IMG/VR virus record: IMGVR_UViG_3300020045_007838
Span: 1-40,936 of that record
Origin: a virus
Lineage: Duplodnaviria > Caudoviricetes
Length of the DNA stretch: 40,936 nt
Direction: 5' to 3' (one strand)
Below, one piece after another: positions 35,708 through 40,936 of the stretch. A program made the position numbers and the translations under genes. Position 1 is the first letter of the stretch; every line of letters begins with the position of its first letter. The notes beneath the pieces were generated by a model. The model ran no database searches. It had not been told where the DNA came from and was given only the letters and a program-made list of their open reading frames with translations.

Positions 35708-35873
35708 CGTATCCCATCCTTTCCTTGTATTCGTCGCGTGTTGGTTTTGGTTTCCAGACATGACCAGACCCGTTACATTTAAGGCACTGATCCCAATGCT
35801 TGACTGGTAGAGATAAAAGAACCTTGCCCCTGCCTGCGCAGTCTTCGCATTTGATTTCAAATTCTTCGTTCAT
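35697..35873 (-). CDS. 58-aa DnaJ-type CxxCxGxG zinc-finger protein (not in ORF track)
   Basis: MNEEFEIKCEDCAGRGKV...CLKCNGSGHV...; coupled to upstream gene. Confidence 0.7.
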   Translation of the reverse strand: MNEEFEIKCEDCAGRGKVLLSLPVKHWDQCLKCNGSGHVWKPKPTRDEYKERMGYDDN

Positions 35874-36190
35874 ACATTACCCTCATTGTTCGCGTCAGAC
35901 ATTAGCGTAAGCGTTATCTCTTTTTTTCTTTTACGAATTTGCTCTAGAACTTCTTTTGCGTGTTGACGAGATAGCTCTGTAAAATCTTCATTTTTAGAAT
36001 ATCGCATGAGGTCGCTGGCCAGGTTTCGGATCTCTTTACTTGTAAAAGACATGACATAAATAGAATCACAATTTTGGCCGGATGTTTCATGCTTAAAATC
36101 CAGAGAGTCAGCGATTACATTAATAAGCTTAAAGTCTGAGTGACCGACTCGCATACGATAACTAAATGTGCCAGCAAGTTCAATACCCAT
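35870..36190 (-). CDS. Hypothetical protein
   Basis: 106-aa ORF in leftward operon. Confidence 0.65.
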   Translation of the reverse strand: MGIELAGTFSYRMRVGHSDFKLINVIADSLDFKHETSGQNCDSIYVMSFTSKEIRNLASDLMRYSKNEDFTELSRQHAKEVLEQIRKRKKEITLTLMSDANNEGNV

Positions 36191-36191
36191 G

Positions 36192-36365
36192 CTATTTAAA
36201 CTCTATGAAATTATCGAGTTTTTTGCCATTTCTTTCTATCGCTTTCTTGATTTGTCCGATGCGTTCTTGACACTCGCGACAGTATATTTTTTTAATGTCA
36301 TTAGTAGTTTTTTCAATGGACCCACAAATAGCTTTGCCTGTTAACTTATGTTTAGCGTGTCTCAT
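36192..36365 (-). CDS. 57-aa H..C...CxxC zinc-finger protein (not in ORF track)
   Basis: MRHAKHKLTGKAICGSIEKTTNDIKKIYCRECQERIGQIKKAIERNGKKLDNFIEFK; fills gap exactly. Confidence 0.65.
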   Translation of the reverse strand: MRHAKHKLTGKAICGSIEKTTNDIKKIYCRECQERIGQIKKAIERNGKKLDNFIEFK

Positions 36366-36366
36366 T

Positions 36367-36702
36367 TTACACCCCCTTCATGATTGGCATTGTAGATACT
36401 GCGTTTTTAAAATCTTGAGTGGCTGATGCAAAAAAGCCCTCGTCTAAAGCTTTGATGATTTCTTTATTTGTTTCTGAAATCTTGATAAATGCGCCCTTAA
36501 TCGCTCCGATGTGATCGAAGTCGATTTTATACTTACGGGCCTGAGCGTTTACGATTAGAAGAGTTTCAAATGTTCCTAAAGATTCAAGTGTCCCGCCCTG
36601 AGTAACGAACTCACGATGCAGCCTGATAACCATCATGTTGTAGGCGAGATCATTCTCGTGTTTTTCGTAGTGTGATGCTTTAAGAATATTTGATGTTTTC
36701 AT
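36367..36702 (-). CDS. Hypothetical protein, first gene of leftward operon
   Basis: ATG 36702 with AAGGAG RBS. Confidence 0.7.
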   Translation of the reverse strand: MKTSNILKASHYEKHENDLAYNMMVIRLHREFVTQGGTLESLGTFETLLIVNAQARKYKIDFDHIGAIKGAFIKISETNKEIIKALDEGFFASATQDFKNAVSTMPIMKGV

Positions 36703-36847
36703 TTTGTTTCTCCTTCGACTTATAAAGTCGTTTTTGTTTCGTGAGGTCATAATACATCAGAAATGTGTTAGAATCTTAAAGTATGTATATTTTTCATACT
36801 ATGCCTAAAATTTAAACACTGACTGAAAAATTAAGGTCAGATTTAGG

Positions 36848-36876
36848 TGGACTTTAAAAAACCGATTTTGTAGCTT
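36848..36876 (+). promoter_or_regulatory. Putative sigma70-like promoter of replication operon
   Basis: TGGACT-N17-TAGCTT in divergent intergenic region. Confidence 0.45.
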
Positions 36877-36889
36877 AACCGAAACTAAA

Positions 36890-37003
36890 GACGCTGCTAC
36901 CGTCGAATCAATTAACTTTTAACTGCACTTATTTCCTTTGTGCGGGTTCATGGCCGACCTAGGTAGCACTTCCCGAAAGGGTTGCTGGGTCGGTCTTTTT
37001 TTT
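36890..37003 (+). ncRNA. Structured leader RNA / attenuator
   Basis: Hairpin GACG-CTGCTAC-CGTC; long hairpin 36952-36995 with GAAA loop followed by T8; TGCTACC complementary to GGTAGCA (36962-36968). Confidence 0.5.
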
Positions 37004-37015
37004 GGGGGTATAGAT

Positions 37016-37375
37016 ATGTGCTATGTTTATGTTTTATCCGATGACGAAGAAAATCATGAGCGTCCTAGAGATGGAGTTAGAATGATAAAAATTGGCCATA
37101 CTCAGGGTGCTGATATTGACTCGCGGGTAAAGCAGCTGCAAACAGGCAACCCGAGACCATTAAGAATTATTGAAGTTTTTGAATTTCAAAATATTGAAAT
37201 GGCTAAGCAGGTTGAAAAACTATTACATTGGAACCTTAAAGAAAGCAGAAAAATTGGAGAGTGGTTTGAGTACGGAGATGAAACAATAGAGACTCTCTCC
37301 AGAATGGCTTTTTTATCAAATCATTATCCGCGTCGCAGAATGCGGGAATTTTACAAGAAAAATGGGATTGTATAA
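37016..37375 (+). CDS. GIY-YIG (T5orf172/MUG113-like) domain protein
   Basis: YVYV, IKIGHT, R..QLQTGNP, EK.LH, GEWF motifs. Confidence 0.85.
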   Translation: MCYVYVLSDDEENHERPRDGVRMIKIGHTQGADIDSRVKQLQTGNPRPLRIIEVFEFQNIEMAKQVEKLLHWNLKESRKIGEWFEYGDETIETLSRMAFLSNHYPRRRMREFYKKNGIV

Positions 37376-38181
37376 TGTCTAAAAGATTTACAGATACAGA
37401 AAAATGGAAGGACGAATGGTTTGCTGATCTAGATCCGGAAATAAAACTTTTCTACCTATACATACTTGACACATGTGACCATGCCGGAGTTTGGAAGGTT
37501 AATTTTAGGCTTGCAGAGTTTTCGATGGGCGTAAAAATAGACAAGGATGCGGCGCTAAAATCTTTCAATGGTCGCGTCATACAAATCGGCTTTGATAAAT
37601 GGTGCGTAACGAAATTCATTACGTTTCAATATGGGAAAACCTTGAACCTGCGCAACAATTCACATCGAGGAGCATTAAAACTTTTAGAATTCCACGGCTT
37701 AGAAACTAGCTCCTACGCACCACCTAGCAAGCCCCAAGAGATGGAAACGTATGACTCGTTAGCTCATAAGGATCAGGATCAGATACAGGTTCAAGATCAG
37801 GTTATGGATCAGGATCAGGAAAACTCTTATACCGAAAATGCGGCACCGTTACAATCTTCTGCAACATCGCAAAAAACTTTTGGCCTAACAGATTGCTTTC
37901 AACTTTGGGAAGATCTTGGGTCTACCGATTACCCTGAATTGGTAACAGCAAAAATTCTCCCATGGTCCTGCGCTCCAGCGTTCGCTAACCTGAAAAGCAG
38001 GTACCTGCCAGACGAGACCGCGTGGCGTGGGTATTTTATAGGGCTTGCTAAAACTGAATTCGGCGACAAGAAAAACTTTTCTCTTAATACCGCGCTGAGT
38101 ATAAAAACTTACGAAAATTTCCAAAACGGGGTCTATGGCCTCGCCAAAACGTCTGACCCTATGGAGATGTTCCATGTATGA
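37375..38181 (+). CDS. Phage replication initiator protein
   Basis: MSKRFTDTEKWKDEWF..L...KLFYLYIL..CDHAG N-terminus; DQ-repeat linker; precedes helicase. Confidence 0.75.
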   Translation: MSKRFTDTEKWKDEWFADLDPEIKLFYLYILDTCDHAGVWKVNFRLAEFSMGVKIDKDAALKSFNGRVIQIGFDKWCVTKFITFQYGKTLNLRNNSHRGALKLLEFHGLETSSYAPPSKPQEMETYDSLAHKDQDQIQVQDQVMDQDQENSYTENAAPLQSSATSQKTFGLTDCFQLWEDLGSTDYPELVTAKILPWSCAPAFANLKSRYLPDETAWRGYFIGLAKTEFGDKKNFSLNTALSIKTYENFQNGVYGLAKTSDPMEMFHV

Positions 38182-39001
38182 CCTAAAAATCGATCCTGAC
38201 GCAATTTTGGAGGCCTCAGAGGGGTTCGATAAGGTGGGCTTCAAGTCTAATTTTAGCCATCTCATGGATCATAACGGTTTTCGGTGCGGAGAGTTGCATA
38301 ATTTGATCGGTCCAAAGGGCGGCGGAAAATCATCGCTCGTTAGGACTTGGCTTCTGGAAACTCTACTGCAAGGCAAAAAGCCATTTCTGCATTTATCTGA
38401 GGAGACACCCGAAAAATATCTAGTTCCGATTTATCGCGCTCTCAGAAATGTTTTGAAGGATGATTTTAAGGCGAAGGATTTTTTAAATAATATTTCGGTC
38501 CAAAGTGAAAAAAGCTTCGATAACCAATATCAGAAAATTGAACTCGTCGACAAGCTAGAGTACCGCGTGAGAGAAACCGGATCGGATATCGTTTTTCATG
38601 ACAACTTTACAACATCGATCATGTCGCTTCAGGGTGTCTCAAAAGAAGCCGAATACGCGCATAAAATGAGCCATCTTGCTGAGAAGTTAAATAAGCCGAT
38701 TATAGTGCTATCACATACAGCAAAGCAGTTTAAAAACACTACCTATGCCACAGGTGAGGACGTTCGAGGAAACGCGACTCTGCCTAATACGGCCTCGGTG
38801 GTCTATGTAATTAATTCACTACTAAGTCACCCTGAAAAACCTTCCTTTGTGTTGGTTGATAAGTCACGCTATCACTCTAAAGCAAATAAACAAGTTTACA
38901 GAATTCAATACGACTCCAAAGACGGAATATTTTACTCGGATGCGAGAAGTTCATTCCAGGCCATGGCAGACTATTGGAAAGTAAAAAAGGAGCGAAGATG
39001 A
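38174..39001 (+). CDS. DnaB/SF4-like replicative helicase (allele B, full length)
   Basis: GFRCGEL, Walker A GPKGGGKS; ATG 38174 with GGAG RBS. Confidence 0.8.
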   Translation: MYDLKIDPDAILEASEGFDKVGFKSNFSHLMDHNGFRCGELHNLIGPKGGGKSSLVRTWLLETLLQGKKPFLHLSEETPEKYLVPIYRALRNVLKDDFKAKDFLNNISVQSEKSFDNQYQKIELVDKLEYRVRETGSDIVFHDNFTTSIMSLQGVSKEAEYAHKMSHLAEKLNKPIIVLSHTAKQFKNTTYATGEDVRGNATLPNTASVVYVINSLLSHPEKPSFVLVDKSRYHSKANKQVYRIQYDSKDGIFYSDARSSFQAMADYWKVKKERR

Positions 39002-39303
39002 TGCATTTACAGCCACGTCAATATTGGGAAAAGCTAAAAGCTGCAGAAGAGAATCCAGCTAACATTGAAGGATTTTGGACATTTATGACAGATTATCAAA
39101 AGCACATTGCTGCAATTTATATCTACAGGCTTAAAACTGAGCCAAACGAAGAATTAAAAAACTATCTGGAAACCGAGAGGTTTTACGAAATGGGATTAAA
39201 CACTTCTGTTATTCCTTCGTTTCTTACAAGAATGGAGCCTAAGGAATTATATAAATTTTCTTACGAAGTTCTTGGCAAGAAAGCACCAAGGCTTGAAAAA
39301 TGA
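38998..39303 (+). CDS. Hypothetical protein (allele B; homolog of 710..1054)
   Basis: Same position and shared motifs. Confidence 0.75.
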   Translation: MMHLQPRQYWEKLKAAEENPANIEGFWTFMTDYQKHIAAIYIYRLKTEPNEELKNYLETERFYEMGLNTSVIPSFLTRMEPKELYKFSYEVLGKKAPRLEK

Positions 39304-39572
39304 AACAACTATCCAACAAAGAACTGATCTTAATTCTAATCGAAGGATGCGACATTGAAGACAAGTGCGACATACTTACCAGCATCGGACTCGGAACAAA
39401 ATGCGAAAAACTCTTTAACATCACAGAAGAAATCCGATCAGAGATTTGTAGTCAAGAAGATGAAGAAAAGCTACGGGCGCTGGGAATATCAACTAAGCCA
39501 AAACGGAGAAATTTTGGGGCTGTATTATTACAAGCAGGTGATGGAGAAAATGCATCAACTGAGTTAGTATGA
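39300..39572 (+). CDS. Hypothetical protein (allele B; homolog of 1051..1329)
   Basis: Same position; conserved N-terminal half. Confidence 0.7.
   Translation: MKQLSNKELILILIEGCDIEDKCDILTSIGLGTKCEKLFNITEEIRSEICSQEDEEKLRALGISTKPKRRNFGAVLLQAGDGENASTELV
39460..39567 (+). CDS. Small overlapping +1-frame ORF (homolog of 1202..1321)
   Basis: MKKSYGRWEYQLSQNGEILGLYYYKQVMEKMHQLS; start position uncertain. Confidence 0.45.
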   Translation: MKKSYGRWEYQLSQNGEILGLYYYKQVMEKMHQLS

Positions 39573-40138
39573 AAGTTTTCTGCTGCGACATTGAGACATC
39601 GGGATTGGATTTTTTCAGAAACGAAATCCTTTCTCTTTCATGCTCCTATGTTGACCATGAAAAAGAGCTTGGATCTATCGAGCTAACATTTCGTCCTGAG
39701 AGTAAATTCTGGGATGATGGTGCAGAGAAAGTTCACGGCATTTCTAAGTTTGCAGCAGCGAGATTTGACGACAGAAAAGAATCCTCAAAGAAGTTTTTGG
39801 ATTTTATTCAATCATTCCCTAGAGCGCCGATGGTATGTCACGCTTTGAAAATGAGAGGGCTTTTTGATGCAATCTTTCTCGAAGCCCATTATGAATTAAT
39901 GGATCAGAGATTCGAGCTTTATAAATCATTCTCGCGCTACGACTCAACATTAATGATGATGAAAGAGCTTCACAAGCAGGGCACGTTTCAGCTTGAAAAA
40001 TTTTCACTCGATTATCTGTGTAAACAATTTGGTATTGAGTTAGTACATCATGATGCAAAATCAGACAGGCAAGCTTGTCAGCAGTTATATTGGATAGCAC
40101 AGAAACATTTAGGGGGAACAGATGATTCTTTATCTTAA
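39569..40138 (+). CDS. DEDDh 3'-5' exonuclease, allele B
   Basis: CDIETSG, FD, HHDAKSD; close homolog of 1326..1886. Confidence 0.9.
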   Translation: MKVFCCDIETSGLDFFRNEILSLSCSYVDHEKELGSIELTFRPESKFWDDGAEKVHGISKFAAARFDDRKESSKKFLDFIQSFPRAPMVCHALKMRGLFDAIFLEAHYELMDQRFELYKSFSRYDSTLMMMKELHKQGTFQLEKFSLDYLCKQFGIELVHHDAKSDRQACQQLYWIAQKHLGGTDDSLS

Positions 40139-40358
40139 AACAGAAATAAAGGTTAACGACAAAGACAGCAATCGATGCTCGATTAATTGTCAACATATCG
40201 CTAAAGAGCGAGGGAATTATGTCTGCAAACTATTTGGAGACTACGAGGTAGACACTGGTGACGATGATGAAGTCGGCTACGGATTTAAAAGAGCAAAAAA
40301 TTGTCACGATAATGTTATAGGGCAGCCTCATCTTGGAAATTTTGCGGGTGACTTATGA
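40122..40358 (+). CDS. Cys-rich hypothetical protein (allele B only)
   Basis: CSINCQH..C.LF..R...C; GGGGG RBS. Confidence 0.65.
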   Translation: MILYLKTEIKVNDKDSNRCSINCQHIAKERGNYVCKLFGDYEVDTGDDDEVGYGFKRAKNCHDNVIGQPHLGNFAGDL

Positions 40359-40654
40359 GCGAAAAGTTTTATTGCAATGACTGTGACAAGGAGCTAAGTG
40401 AACAAAAACTAGAGCATTTGCACGGTTGTCTTGATTGTCACGGCACGATACCAAGCGAAAAAATATTTTGGTTAAGAAAAGAAAACAGGGTCATTAATAA
40501 GAAGCTTGAAATAGCAAAAGAAGCTCTTGAATGGATCGCCAAAACCGATACCGTTTCTCATGTTCATGGCCCCGATGTTTTGTGGCTTAATAATTGGAGA
40601 AATACAAGAAAGGCGGCGGCTCAATCGGCATTAAATGAAGTGGGAAAATTATGA
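40355..40654 (+). CDS. Hypothetical protein with Zn ribbon and coiled coil (allele B only)
   Basis: CNDC...CLDC; KLEIAKEALEWIA...A..AL.E pattern. Confidence 0.65.
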   Translation: MSEKFYCNDCDKELSEQKLEHLHGCLDCHGTIPSEKIFWLRKENRVINKKLEIAKEALEWIAKTDTVSHVHGPDVLWLNNWRNTRKAAAQSALNEVGKL

Positions 40655-40932
40655 GCTTTGAATCAAACGAGCCATGCGCTGCGTGTGGAAAATTCGCTCC
40701 TCAAACAATCTGTTATCATCACTTGTACACTCAAAAATCTAGACCCGATCTTGCTCTTAAAGATTGGAACATGACTCCATGCTGCCTCATCCATCACAAA
40801 GAATATCACGACCAAGGCACTACTCACATGAGCGCAAAATATCAAGGTGTACTGCGATGGCTCGAAGCAAACAATTGGATATTTGATTCGTTTCAAAATA
40901 AGTGGCGGCACGAGGGCGCAAATCTTTCATAG
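40651..40932 (+). CDS. Small HNH-type nuclease (allele B)
   Basis: CAAC, HH, NMTPCCLIHHKEYH; C-terminus identical to 2431..2715. Confidence 0.75.
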   Translation: MSFESNEPCAACGKFAPQTICYHHLYTQKSRPDLALKDWNMTPCCLIHHKEYHDQGTTHMSAKYQGVLRWLEANNWIFDSFQNKWRHEGANLS

Positions 40933-40936
40933 TCGA

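Larger units (their letters stand above)
1..40936. mobile_element. Tailed dsDNA bacteriophage genome (siphovirus-like), circular unit ~38.2-38.3 kb
   Basis: Full set of terminase, portal, scaffold, capsid, tail tube, tape measure, lysis and replication genes; contig ends overlap internal sequence. Confidence 0.95.
38289..40936 (+). repeat. Allele B of duplicated replication module (homologous to 1..2719)
   Basis: 121-bp identical anchors at both ends; divergent interior. Confidence 0.95.

Noticed and set aside
35708-35860. 5' extension of track ORF 35492..35860
   Set aside because: Overlaps a clear CxxCxGxG zinc-finger gene in another frame
36938-37015. N-terminal extension of the GIY-YIG ORF
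   Set aside because: Runs through the terminator-like hairpin; ATG 37016 has a GGGGG RBS
1-40936. Alternative genetic code / stop-codon recoding
   Set aside because: Standard code gives dense, coupled, full-length genes using TAA, TAG and TGA stops

Overview
The window is an apparently complete ~38.2-38.3 kb tailed dsDNA phage genome, siphovirus-like (tail tube, tape measure, no sheath recognised). It is linearised inside a strain-variant bubble: 1..2719 and 38289..40936 are two divergent alleles of the same helicase-exonuclease-HNH module, and each contig end has an exactly 121-bp identical anchor. Gene order is: replication (GIY-YIG, initiator, DnaB-like helicase, DEDDh exonuclease, HNH genes), many small accessory genes including two tandem-repeat proteins, a ParB-like gene plus a Mom-family adenine-modification gene, terminase, portal, scaffold, capsid, a large beta-helix protein, tail genes with a -1 frameshifted chaperone, a lysis cassette, RusA, a phosphoesterase and a leftward early region with an SSAP. 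No integrase or repressor was recognised. The best finding is a complete 75-nt tRNA-Gly(TCC)-like cloverleaf ending in T-CCA (9122..9196) inside the 3' end of the mom-like CDS. It keeps the glycyl-tRNA synthetase identity elements but has lost the conserved D-loop/T-loop residues and has a distorted T-stem. This suggests a dedicated, non-ribosomal glycyl donor for tRNA-dependent DNA adenine hypermodification. Family assignments come from motif recognition by eye, not from database searches.
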